This document shows positions 27,107-38,321 of a DNA stretch of 64,000 nucleotides, piece by piece; position 1 is the stretch's first letter; every line of letters starts with the position of its first letter. The position numbers were made by a program, and so were the translations under genes. The notes below the pieces were generated by a model. It was not told the DNA's origin. It saw only the letters and a program-made list of their open reading frames with translations, and searched no databases. Where the stretch lies: positions 3,720,001-3,784,000 of the forward strand of contig OU015567.1 of NCBI GenBank assembly GCA_907165135.1. Direction: 5' to 3'. The DNA comes from Oikopleura dioica. Lineage: Eukaryota; Animalia; Chordata.

Positions 27107-29259
27107 ATGGCACGAAATTCAAGCACAACGACGATAGCAATCATTGTTTTCAGTGCATATATTTTTGTACATGTTATATTCGACTACGGACATGTTTTCT
27201 TCGGGTAAGAACTGTTTTGGCGACAATAGAGAAGGATCGTTTTGACAAAAATAATCGGGCAGGTCCCGTATTTTGCACGTGCGTTTATTCAATTTATGTC
27301 GCATTTATTACTTAACGTTTAGAGCTTGTTTTTTATTCAATTTTTAATTTTTTCTTTATGAAAAAAAATTTTATCTGAAAAAAATTATTTCTGAAAAAAA
27401 AATTTTCTGAAAAAATTTTTTTCAGAAAAAAAAATTCTTAAAAAAAATATTTCCTGAAAAATAATTTTCTGAAAAAAAATTTTCTAAAAAAAATTTTCTG
27501 AAAAAATAATTTTCAGAAAAAAATTTTCTGAAGAAAAATTTTCTGAAAAAAAAAATTTTCAGGCATAAAAGAGAAAGAGATATTACCGAAGAATTCATGA
27601 TCGATGTTTCTACCAAAAAGATACGAAAAATATCCGCGCCATCAAAAAAGAAGAAAACCGCTAAGAAAACAACTAACCCTGGAAAAATGGAACTGTACCA
27701 TAAAAAACTCATAAAACCTCTGACAAATGAAGATAAAGAGAGATGGATTAAAAAGATCTGGGAAACGAATCAACTAGAAAGTCATGAAAATCGAGAGGAA
27801 GTGAACATTCTTTGGTGGTTTACGAACACGGGCAAAAGTGGGAAGAAACGAGAAGCGAGGAATTTTGACGAGTTCAAGGTAAGGAAACGAGTTTTTCGGG
27901 AAAATTCAGTTTTTAGGATAAATGTGGTCCCTGCAATCTTGTCACTTCTCGTTCGTTCGAAAAAACTGCAGATGCCATCGTTGTCAGCAATACTGTCATG
28001 TCCCACTACACTGCTCCTCAAGTTGCGAGACGCAAATTTCCAGACATGACGAGTCGAAATCTTTCACAAATCTGGGTCTTCGAGAACAAAGAAAGTGGGA
28101 TAAAACAGGAGCACGAACCGAGGTATGTTATTATTGCGACTTTCACGGTCGGATTTAATTTTGACGATGCGTCTTATCTTGGCTTTCTTTGATTTCACGC
28201 TTTTCGTTATAAAAAAAGAAATTCTTCAGGACTATCAACCCTGAAGTAGACGCCGCTTACAATGCCACAATGTCCTATCGGACCGATTCCGACATCACCA
28301 GACATTTCGGCGATGCTGAATCCGTCATCGCCCAACTTCGCTTCGACGCAGATGGCAATCTTGTTAGCTCAAACGAAGATTACGCGAAAAATCTTATGAA
28401 GAGAAAATTTCCTTATGGTTCCGAATACAACACGGCTTGGTTTGTCTCCAACTGCGACTACACATCTGGCGCTAGAAAGAGATTTGCCTTTGGGAAGGAA
28501 ATGATTGAAAAGGGACTAAAGCTGTATTCGGAAGGTGAGGAAGTCAGCGCTTACTTAACATGCTGACGGAGTTTGATAAGGTGAGTGCTTCGGTCACAAA
28601 ACTGAGCGGCAGTTCCATCGAGGAGGATCGGCAGAGTTTCCATTGCAACGAGTCAAGTTTTATCTCGCTTTTGAAAATGCTTACCATTGTAACGACTACA
28701 TCAGGAACGTTTCCAACTCCCCAAATTCCATTTTCTTGTTTACAAAAATGTTGAAACCAATAAGCGAAAAATTTTGGCGGAATTCTTTCATGAACGAGCT
28801 TGTCCCAGTCGTTTTCGGCCCTCATCCTGATGATGTCAGACGCGTTGCTCCACCAAACTCGTACATTCACTCAGAAGACTTTGATTCCGTTGAGGATCTA
28901 TTGGAATACATGGACTTTTTGGACAAGAACGACACTGCCTATCTCGAATTTCACAAATGGAAAAACTTGTATCCCTCTGGGAAAAATCCCCACAGCAAAT
29001 GCTTGCAGCATCTCGGCACCGTAAACAGGTAAAACATACTACCAACCCCCATTCATCAACTTATCATCATCTCTAGAACCATTTGCCTACTCTGCCGGTT
29101 GATCAGAGATCGTCGAGCTAAAAAGAGCGCGTCTCTTACAAATCCGTAATGAACTACTGGAAATACGATGTGCATCCGGAGTGCAAAGAAGATGTCGTTT
29201 TCCAAGACTACCAAACAAAAATCAGGCGGAATCGACTTTCCTGGATCGATCCCTTTTAG
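27107..29259 (+). CDS. Alpha-1,3-fucosyltransferase (GT10)
   Basis: Type II anchor MARNSSTTTIAIIVFSAYIF; NATMSYRTDSD, AWFVSNC, KFYLAFENAYHCNDYI|SEKFW, VPVVFGP, APPNSYIH, YLEFHKW. Apparent 1-nt frameshift in the A-run at ~29120. Confidence 0.9.
27355..27560. repeat. Degenerate tandem repeat of ~14-16 nt units (AAAAAAATTTTCTG / TTTTCAGAAAA) in FUT intron 1
   Basis: About 13 consecutive A-run/TTTTCTG units read directly, ending at the 3' splice site. Confidence 0.85.
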
Positions 29260-29519
29260 AATCTTTCAATTGACGAAAAATGCAATTAATTCTTCAAATA
29301 TACTCAAGTCTAAGCGTAAAGAAAGTGTATTAAATCAAAGTCATATGTTACAATATCGTGTTGAAATGACGATAGGGGGCGGCACGAAAGCAATAGAATG
29401 AGAATAGAAAATTAGAAGTTGTGAGTTGGCGTGTTTCAGGTTGTTGAAAACTGACAGTTGGGTTCTATCAGAAAACGGGCTTCCTATTCCAGAGCGTGTA
29501 GAGTTTTTAATTGCTTTTT

Positions 29520-30400
29520 TTACAAGTTGGCCATCATGAAGAGCATGTCCTGGTCGTTGATGACCCAACAGTTGTCGGTGTGGTGGAAGTTTTCTCGGGT
29601 GGCTTCGACAGACATACCGCTAGAAAATAAATTGAAATCAAGGAAGACAAAATCAGTTTTCTTGCGAATCGAAAAATGGGTGAAAAATGACTTACCCAGA
29701 GGTGACAAGAGCAGTTTCATCTCCGTTGTCCTGGATGAAGTAGGAGTCATCTCGGATGAATTGACCAATGATACCTCGAGATCGGCTTGAGATTCCGGTA
29801 GTATCAGAGACGGCGAAGGAGAGATTCCTTTCGGAGGTTGCCCTTGATGATGAACATTGGTCCATCCTCGATCTGGACCTTGGTGTGCTCGTGCATACCA
29901 TCGACGGTCCACTTTTCGATGAAGTTGATGTCTCCGTAGGTCTGAGCGCCAGTGAGTGGGTGAGGGTCGCTGACGATTCTGTCACCAAGGCCGGCGAGGT
30001 GGACGCCATCGATGTCGAATTCGAGGTGAGCACCAGCGGGAGACTGGAAGTGGATGGAGTTCATGAAGACTTTTCCGTTGTCGCGGGCCTTAGCAGTGGC
30101 GGTGATGGCGAGAGCGCTCTCGGGGTCGACGAGGAGGTTCATGTCAGTGCCTTCGGTTGGGTTGAAGTCGAAGCAAAGAGGCTCCTGGGCTGGTGACTGA
30201 ACCATGAAGTGGGGGTCACCGTAAGCGCCGCCAGCTCCACCGCCGTATGCGTTGGTTGGCTCGACGTAGGGATCCATGGTGGTCTCGGGAGCGTCAGTTG
30301 GGGCATCAGTGGTTGGAGCATAGTTGTTGTTTTTGTTGTTCTTGTTCTTTTTTCTCTGGGCGGTAGCGAGGGCAGCAAGAGTGAGGGCGAAGATCTTCAT
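29520..30400 (-). CDS. Stand-alone inter-alpha-trypsin inhibitor heavy chain C-terminal-like protein, paralog 1
   Basis: Signal peptide, YGDPHFMVQSPAQEPLCFDFNP, RGIIGQF. One intron at 29620-29695; apparent frameshift near 29830. Confidence 0.75.
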
Positions 30401-30882
30401 GGTTGGCTTTTATCTAAATTATACTGAGTTAAGTTGAAGATCTTTCTCTGGGATATCAATCAAGGAAGCTTTTAAAAAGCTCGCTAACTTACCAAGTTCT
30501 GACTATTCTTGTCCGAATATGCCCATATTCAGTATCACCGGGCCTTATATCCGGCAATTAGGCCGTGCGGTGGCGCGCTCGAGCCGCCGCCGCCAAATTT
30601 CATGAAAACCACAGCCGTGCCAATTTAATTGACGCCTGTGTCGTCAGTGAAGACCTTTATATACTCTTAATGAGAAAAGAATGGAGAGTTTTTTATAATG
30701 AGACCGTATTATTTCTACTAATTTTTCAACTTCTGTATTGAAATATTCTGTATCGAGGATAACACAATGATTAATTAATGAAAATAAAAAATATGATTTC
30801 ATTTTTATGAACAACTTTATACAAAGATATATTTATTGAACATCCTGTGTATTTCCAGGTTTGAAAGTCAAAGAAAAACTGT

Positions 30883-31996
30883 TTACAGATTAGCCATGAC
30901 GTGAAGAATATCATCCTCGCTGATGACGAAGCAATCATCAGTGTGGTGATAAGGACCCTCCACAGCTCGGACACGGGCGCCGCCGGAAACGACAAGGGCT
31001 GTGTTGTCGCCATCTTCATTGACGCCGAAGTTTCGGAGTCGGTAAGAGTTTGGTCGCATGAATTGACCGATGAGACCTCGGCATTTTTGGGAGATTCCGG
31101 TTGAATCAGTGACCATGACTAAAAAGATAGTGAGGATTAATTGAAGCTACTGTTATTACCAGAGAGATTCTTCTTGGTGATATTGCCTTTGATGACGAAT
31201 TCTGGTCCATCTTCGCCGACCTGGATTTTGGTATGGTCGTGGTTGCCGTCGAAGCTCATTTTTTCGATGAAGATCAAATCACCATAAACCTACGATAAAA
31301 ATGAAATTAAGATATTTATTGATGCTTTGAATTTTCCGTTAACCAATTTTATCAATTTGAAATGAGACTCATTTATTGACTCAGTCACTATCTGAAATCT
31401 TGATGTAGTAAGAGCTTGAGCTATCTCAGATGAGATAATATGAATATCTTCCCGAAATAATCACAATTTACCTGATGTCCTGTAATTGGATGAGGATCGG
31501 AAGCAGTCTCATCCCCAAGTCCGTCCAAATGGACTCCATCAACGTCGAAAAGAAGTCTTGCTCCTTCGGGAGACATAAAATGGACCTTTGTCATGTAGTT
31601 GAGTCCCTTTTCGTTTTCGCCAGTTTCAGCAGTAACAGCAAGGGAGCTGACGGGATCGATGAGGAGGTTGAGAGTGGCACCCGATGGAGGGTTGAAATCG
31701 AAGCAAATTGGTGGTTGGTCTTCGTTTTTGATCTTTGAGAAAGGATTTAGTTCTTGAAAAGAGGGTGAAACTCACCATAAAATGGGGATCGCCATAAGCG
31801 CTACCATAAGAATTTCCTCCGTAAGGATTTCCGCCGCTGTAGTTATTCTTGTTTCCTTTTTTCTTGTTGCCGAGATCGTCATATTCAGACTCTACGGCAG
31901 AATCTTCGTATTCCTGAAAGATTCTTTCTATTGAAAACAGGACAAATTTACTACCTGGGCAAGAGTAAAAGCAAAAAGTGACCACAAAAGCTTCAT
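30883..31996 (-). CDS. Stand-alone ITIH C-terminal-like protein, paralog 2
   Basis: MKLLWSLFAFTLAQ|EYEDS...YGDPHFM|...CFDF...RGLIGQF...HHTDDCFVISEDDILHVMANL*. Several short GT-AG introns. Confidence 0.75.
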
Positions 31997-32616
31997 CTTT
32001 TCCCCTCTCTCGAAAACTGACAAGAAAGCTCAATTGAACAGCTTGATTCGATTTTAATTTCTACCAAATAGACGTGTCTTCCTCTCCACGAGTTTACCAG
32101 TGGCCATTTTCCGCCTGACTCGGACTAAACAACTGTGGTCGCTGCGGAAAATCCATTTTTGAGAAGCGATCTTTCTCAAACCAAACGTGTGCATCTTCTT
32201 CAGGAGCTTCGGTAATTGCTATGACGCCACACTTTGATTTTTTCTATTTCTAGAATTTTAAATAAAAATAAGGTCGAATAAATATAATGATCGCGCAACA
32301 ACGGATCCTGAGATTTTTGGACGTGCATGTCTGTCAAAGCCGCAACACCGCTTTTTTGTCGAATCAATTACCGCCTCGACATCTCAAGAAAATGATTTCA
32401 GGAACTAGCTCAGCGTAAAATCTCCCAATTACTTCTATCCTCCAGCGAAGAGTTTACCATCAGAATCGATTCCCTCCTTTCAGAATCGCGAAAAAAGAAG
32501 GTTTTGTTTACAATGGGAAATTGCTTTGGCCCTCCCTTGAGATTGGGAGCCGATCGATTTATTCGCAGTCTTATTTTGGGGCATCTCACGTCTCACGTTT
32601 TTGAATATCCAAAGAA

Positions 32617-34137
32617 ATGATAAGATTTATTCTCATCCAAAACAGAGCTGGTAAAACTCGACTTGCAAAATGGTACACTCATGTAAGTTCTTACCAATTA
32701 TGGTAACCATAAAGTTGTTTTAAATCTTGTTTTTATAATTTTTTTAAGAAAAAATTAGCGTGTTCCTATTTCAAAACCAATGAATCCGTTTACATTCCAG
32801 TCGGTCTCGGTCATTTGACGTATTTTTAGTATGATGAAACAGAAAAGCAAAAACTCATTGAAGATGTACATGCTCTCATTACAGTCAGAGATGCCAAACA
32901 CACCAATTTTGTCGAGTTCCGAGACTTCAAGGTAATCCCTACGGTAGAAGGGATAAATATTTCGGTACAGAAGGAAAAGACTTTTTATTTCTCCCTAAAA
33001 CCTTACCGTAACCTAGGGGCTCCGCCCCCGGGACCTCCCTTTAGTACAAGTACTTAGTTCCTAACCCTAAAGCCTAACCTAAGGTGCTTCGCCCCCTTGG
33101 GACCCCCCAACACTAACCAGAAATAAGCTTACCAAAAAATTTTTCCATACTACGATCCCAACTCTGGTTTCAGAAGTATTATGCCTTTTAAGGTGGTTTA
33201 CAGAAGATATGCAGGCCTCTTTTTCTGCTTTTGCGTCGACGTAGATGATAATAATCTGATGCATTTGGAAGGAATTCACAATTTCGTCGAGGTAAATTGA
33301 CATTGGTCGATTTCGATAGCCTTTATTGCTCATTCTATGTCTCGAATTTTGAAAAATTCGGTATAAAAAGTCGATATTATTAAAATGTGAAGGAGAATTT
33401 TCCTTCCCAGAATATTCACTTATTCCACGTCTTTTTAAAACCCAAACTCAGCAGAGTTTTCGCGCAAGAGCTGTCAAATAGTCTGATCAAACCGGGCGCA
33501 CTGGGCTAACCAGGTTTCCCTCAAAAATCTGGCGTAAACCAATCTTTCCGCGATATTGTTTAAGCTCGCCGCCTAACAAACATCAGCTCAAGCCTAACAC
33601 AACCGACCGCGTTGATTTTCTTGACTTTGGGCGAAATCAAGTCAAATAAATAATATTTTTGCTAATTTGCATCTTGATCGCTTTATTCCGTGGCGCCAGA
33701 TTGCTCGAAAAAAGTTGTTCAAAGCAGATTTTTCTCCTTCAAAAATTCTTCTATAAAAGTCCGAAATTGAACTTGACTAGGAGTCAAAAATCGCAATGGG
33801 CGCAAATTGACCGCAAAATAACTCCGCACGAAATCGAATTAGATGTCGAAACTCAAACTTGAGCTGGCGGCTGAAATTTTGAAATTATCTGAATTTCAGG
33901 CTTTCAATTTTTCTTCAATTTTCTTTTTCAGGTGCTGAATGAGTATTTCCACAATGTCTGCGAACTCGATTTGGTCTTTAATTTTCACAAAGTCTACTCC
34001 GGTAAATATTCTCTACTACAATCACCCTGTTACTGTAATTTTCAGTTGTCGACGAAGCATTTCTCGCCGGAGAGCTGCGAGAAACAAGCCAGCAAAAGTT
34101 GCTGAAAGAAATAAACACCCTTAATTCTCTCGAATAA
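32617..34137 (+). CDS. AP2S1: AP-2 complex subunit sigma
   Basis: Five exons give [20 protein letters not shown]...[13 protein letters not shown]...[11 protein letters not shown]...[23 protein letters not shown]...GELRETSQ. Confidence 0.97.
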
Positions 34138-34603
34138 CAGCACATTCATATGTTCTTCTTGTACCCAGGGATGTACCGATGATTCATCAAATATACTCAC
34201 CTCTTTCGAAGTTACTTCTGTAAATTCCTTCATTTACAATTACGCATTGCTTGAAGTTTGCATTCAGAATTGGCTTCATCTGTCTGGACTCTGTAGCTTA
34301 TGTCACTTTTTCAAAAAAGTTGACATAAATGGAGCATCTCGATCTTATCCTCGAGTTTTCCGCCAAAGAAATCGAAAAAGTAGACATTCGTCTTATTTCA
34401 TAGTTCGTTGAATTGAATCAAAGGCAGAAAAAGAGAGAGATAAAAAAGGCAATAAACTGAGGACCAGCTATCAATAATACTAATTATAAGTACCGTTTAT
34501 CATTATTGGAGCTTGAGATCCTTATCGCTTGGTTGTAAACTACTCGCTGATGGATATATAATTCTGCTTTTCCGTCCTGAAATCAGAAAAAAAGAACGAG
34601 AAA

Positions 34604-35250
34604 ATGGGAGCAAACAACGGAAAACTCAGCCAGAAAAAAGTCAAAAAGCTGTCAAAGAAAACCGGCTTCACAACCGACGAAATCGCTACTTGGTACACTG
34701 GCTTCATCTCCGACTGTCCCTCCGGAGAGCTCACAAAAAAGGAATTTTCAAAAGTCTACGCTGGCTTTTTTCCTCATGGAGATTCTCGCGCTTTTTCTGA
34801 GTAAGGCCTTTTTTCGTGAATTTTTTCAATCAACCATTTAGGTTCATTTTCAGCGCTTTTGACAGAAATGGCGACGGGTCAATTGAGTTCTCGGAGTTTT
34901 TAGAGGCTCTAGCGATTACATCAAAAGGAAACTTCGAGCAGAAACTTGAGTGTAAGCTCTCACAAGTCATTTTTCTGACCTTTTTCCTATCGTCGATTTA
35001 AGGGGCCTTCAATCTTTACGACCTGGACGGCAACGGACAAATCTCCAAAAACGAAATGCTCCAAATCATCTCGGCCGTTTTCGCCATGGTCGGGACGCAA
35101 GCGAAAGTGAACATGACTGCGGAGGAGAAGGTGGACCAGATGTTCAAGGGGATGGATGCTGATGGAAACGAGGAGATTTCGAAGGAAGAGTTCTTTGCGG
35201 GGGCACGATTGGACAAGACCATTGTCGAAGCTCTCGGTGGAATCATCTAA
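34604..35250 (+). CDS. Neuronal calcium sensor family protein (frequenin/hippocalcin-like)
   Basis: N-myristoylation start MGANNGKL; [66 protein letters not shown]. Confidence 0.93.
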
Positions 35251-35874
35251 AAATCAGGACATAAATGACTTTTTTTCTTTAAAATTTTCATCATAATTCT
35301 TTTCAGAGCTAAAATTTACTTGTCTTCTATCCTATCTATATCTGCTTTATGATTTCGTCAATAAAAAGTTAAAATGAATCAGTGCAACCCAAAAACGTCT
35401 TGACTAGCGCCAACCACGTCATCCTGCTTCACAAACAATTTCCCTTTGACTGTCGGGCTAAATGCAATAGCCGCCGAGTGACAGCTGCTTTGAATATTAA
35501 ATTGCGAAGGGGCAGGCAACAGAGACTCAGTTGTCTCCACCGCGAGTTGTTCCCAGCGCAAAATTTGCATCGGATAATCATTTTTTATTTTAATAAGGAC
35601 AGCTCAACGGTTAAGGTGATTAACTTGCTGACTCGGGAAAAAATTTAAACGTGGATTTCTAATTCAGCCTCCAGAAAAGGAAAAAAGATGCTGTTTTACT
35701 TGGATATAAGAAATGCTACAATTCATATAAATTCATAAACTTGTATTTAACAGGGAGCGTTTTGAAAATTTTTCTATTGGTTATCATGCAGAGAAATTTA
35801 ATGAAATTTGAGGAGAGCAGTCTTATGGTTCTAAGTCATTTTGAAGTCATTGTTTTCATTGAAAAAAGTCGAAT

Positions 35875-36147
35875 CTATTCATTGACAGGTCGTGTCGCTG
35901 GCATAGCTAGGTAGTGTCTGTACAAAGCTGCCATTTGTCGCCGTGCTCGTGCCCGCTGCTGTCTCATTCGGACCGTTTCCCGAACTCGTTGATGGAGCAC
36001 AGCTCTTGAATGATAGTTGACAGTGTTTTGGACCCGGTTGAAGCCGATCAGGTCTCGTCTTTGCCGAAGAACAGCCTGATGATGTTGATGAAGTGGTGCG
36101 GAGTAGGTCAAAGCGACCAATGTCCAGAGAAAGGAATTTTTCTTCAT
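35875..36147 (-). CDS. Secreted prepropeptide (90 aa) with RQRR convertase site and Arg-rich mature part
   Basis: MKKNSFLWTLVALTYSA-PLHQHHQAVLRQRR-DLIGFNRVQ...RARARRQMAALYRHYLAMPATRPVNE*. Confidence 0.65.
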   Translation of the reverse strand: MKKNSFLWTLVALTYSAPLHQHHQAVLRQRRDLIGFNRVQNTVNYHSRAVLHQRVRETVRMRQQRARARRQMAALYRHYLAMPATRPVNE

Positions 36148-36627
36148 TTTGGTAAAAAGTTTGTTTGTGAGTTTGTTGCGAAAAAAGTTGTCGTTTTTAT
36201 AGGAGTCTGGCTGATTATGCTGACCTCTAGCACCGCGAATATCCAAGAAACGACAGTCATTTTTGACATTCCTGACCTGCTCAAGGTCTTAAAGAAAGTG
36301 ACACTTTTTGACACTTTTCCGGTACTTTTTTAAAGATTTAAAAGGTCAAAAAATGAGTCCTACTTGTGCTTGTTTAGCGAGACGTATTTTTTACGTCAAA
36401 CTTTTACGTCGCTCTCTGCGTTGATCTTTTACTGGACGTAACATAGATAAAGGTGAAAGTCTGACTGAAAAATGACTCAATGCTGACCATTAATTGTTCG
36501 AAATTATATTATACATTTTTAACCTAAAGAAATTGCTTACAATCAAAATTTTAGACTGAACCAGTGAGTGTGACGTAGATAAAGCCCCAACCGGTTAGAA
36601 CACGTTCCAAACAAACAACATTCTCCT

Positions 36628-36635
36628 TATAAAAG
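36628..36635 (+). promoter_or_regulatory. TATA box upstream of the 43-aa peptide gene
   Basis: TATAAAAG about 50 nt upstream of ATG 36680. Confidence 0.5.
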
Positions 36636-36679
36636 AAAGAGAAACCCGACATTCAATCATTATCGAGAAAAAACTGAAG

Positions 36680-36811
36680 ATGAATTTCACCTTTTTAGCC
36701 ACTGTTTTGGTCTCCCTTGCTTCTGCCTGGCCTGGCCCTTACTACAATGGAAACTACTATCCGTACCGTCCATCCAAAGAATATGAAGAAGGAAGCGGCT
36801 ACTGGAGATAA
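36680..36811 (+). CDS. 43-aa secreted Tyr/Gly-rich peptide (below ORF-track cutoff)
   Basis: MNFTFLATVLVSLASA-WPGPYYNGNYYPYRPSKEYEEGSGYWR*. TATA upstream and AATAAA at 36823. Confidence 0.7.
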   Translation: MNFTFLATVLVSLASAWPGPYYNGNYYPYRPSKEYEEGSGYWR

Positions 36812-37450
36812 ATTTGTTGAAGAATAAATTCTGATCTAAATTTATTTTATAATAATTGTATTATAAGATGTCTCCAATAATTCAATAAATATAAGAAAGA
36901 CTTTCAGACTTTTTTTTTCAGATATTCTCGAATATACTTAATAAATGATTCTGTTATAGACGTTATATCTTAGGCAGGTATCTAAGAATCAGGATATTAT
37001 TCTTCAAACCTGCCAATAACTCAATTTTGGCGCACTGACATCGCATTTATAGTCTTTTAACATTTGCATATCACATTTGTATTCCAAGGAATTGAGGGGA
37101 AAATGAGATTTTCGCGCAAACCGATACTTTTTCTCGTCATTTTCAGGTACTTAGCCTTCAGTATATTTGAATTATATCCCAGGTTAAGCCCAAGAAGCCC
37201 CTTTTCAAACAGCAAAACAACGAAATCTCGAACGAACACCGCCATATTCAGCAACTCTCTTGACCCCATTGCCTACAACACCATTCTAGAGCACCCGCAT
37301 CAACACACTGACATCAACTTCAACCCTTTTCTATTCCTTGTCAGCGAAAACTACTTCAAATAAACATCAAGTTTTTGCATTTTCGATACATTTTGTCGTG
37401 TTACAGGCAGTTTGATAAATGATCTGATTTTTCTAGAGAGATTTTGTCAA

Positions 37451-38095
37451 TTATTTTCGTCGTTTTCCTCGGACAGGCTGTTTTTCTTCATCGGTGCCGT
37501 CTTCTCCGGCCTTGGATTTCTTGTATTTTTTGTATTTGTAGAAGGCGTACTGAAAAAGAAAAACAGGAAGAAATTTGGTAGAGCGATGATTTCTTACCAT
37601 TCCGAGAGCAGAGGCAAGTCCCATGCCGATGTAATGAACAATTCCAGCTCCGCTCTGAACGATAACCACGTCGTCGTCGATGTAGTCGTAGATATCATCG
37701 TAGTAGTCTTCGTCGTAGTCGTCGTTTTCGTCATCGATTGTGTAGCCCATCGAGTCGTAGACGCTGTCTAAGTTGTCGTCCTCCTCCTCATCGTAATCGT
37801 ATCCATCATCGCCATCGTCGTATTCTTCAACGTCGTCGTCAACTGTGACATCATCGATAAAGTCGTAACCTTGGTCATTAAAGTCGACCATTGGGTCGTA
37901 GAAATCGCCCTTTGGCTCAGCGTCATCTTCAAAATCATTTTTTTTGAGAAACTTTTTATGGAACTGTTTATTACCTTGAATGAATTCGTAGTTATCCAAG
38001 CCAATATCTCTCTTGGCGCGATTGAGAATCTGATCAGAAGGTCGGTCTGTCAGCCCAGCGTTGCTCAAGCATAAAAAAGCGGTAATAAGCTTCAT
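37451..38095 (-). CDS. Type I membrane protein with Asp/Tyr-rich ectodomain
   Basis: Signal peptide, RAKR site, D/Y-rich tract, hydrophobic segment then KYKKYKK. Two likely 48-nt stop-free introns (37927-37974, 37550-37597). Confidence 0.7.
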   Translation of the reverse strand: MKLITAFLCLSNAGLTDRPSDQILNRAKRDIGLDNYEFIQGNKQFHKKFLKKNDFEDDAEPKGDFYDPMVDFNDQGYDFIDDVTVDDDVEEYDDGDDGYDYDEEEDDNLDSVYDSMGYTIDDENDDYDEDYYDDIYDYIDDDVVIVQSGAGIVHYIGMGLASALGMVRNHRSTKFLPVFLFQYAFYKYKKYKKSKAGEDGTDEEKQPVRGKRRK

Positions 38096-38321
38096 TTTGA
38101 TCTACTATCGATGGGTTATCTGATGCGACTGATTGGGATAAGAGCCAAACAGATGAGTGTTCTAGAAGTTCCAGAAGATAAACGCGGGGTTTCATGACAG
38201 CTCTATGAATTCCTGACTCAGGTTTTCTACACAGGCTGCCGAGCCAAGGATGGTTCATTCTGCCCCTTCTAGATACTGTTATTTAACTTGTTGGGTCAAA
38301 AAATTGACTGTCAAATTCGAA

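Noticed and set aside
27119-27304. Minus-strand Cys-containing 61-aa ORF
   Set aside because: Antisense shadow of FUT exon 1.
27355-27560. CRISPR-like array
   Set aside because: Low-complexity tandem units without unique spacers, inside a eukaryotic intron.
29115-29130. Frameshift near the FUT C-terminus
   Set aside because: One extra A in a 5-A run restores KKERVSYKSVMNYW; typical homopolymer error.
34140-34410. Possible antisense gene between AP2S1 and the calcium sensor
   Set aside because: The most natural splice creates a stop codon; no recognisable product.
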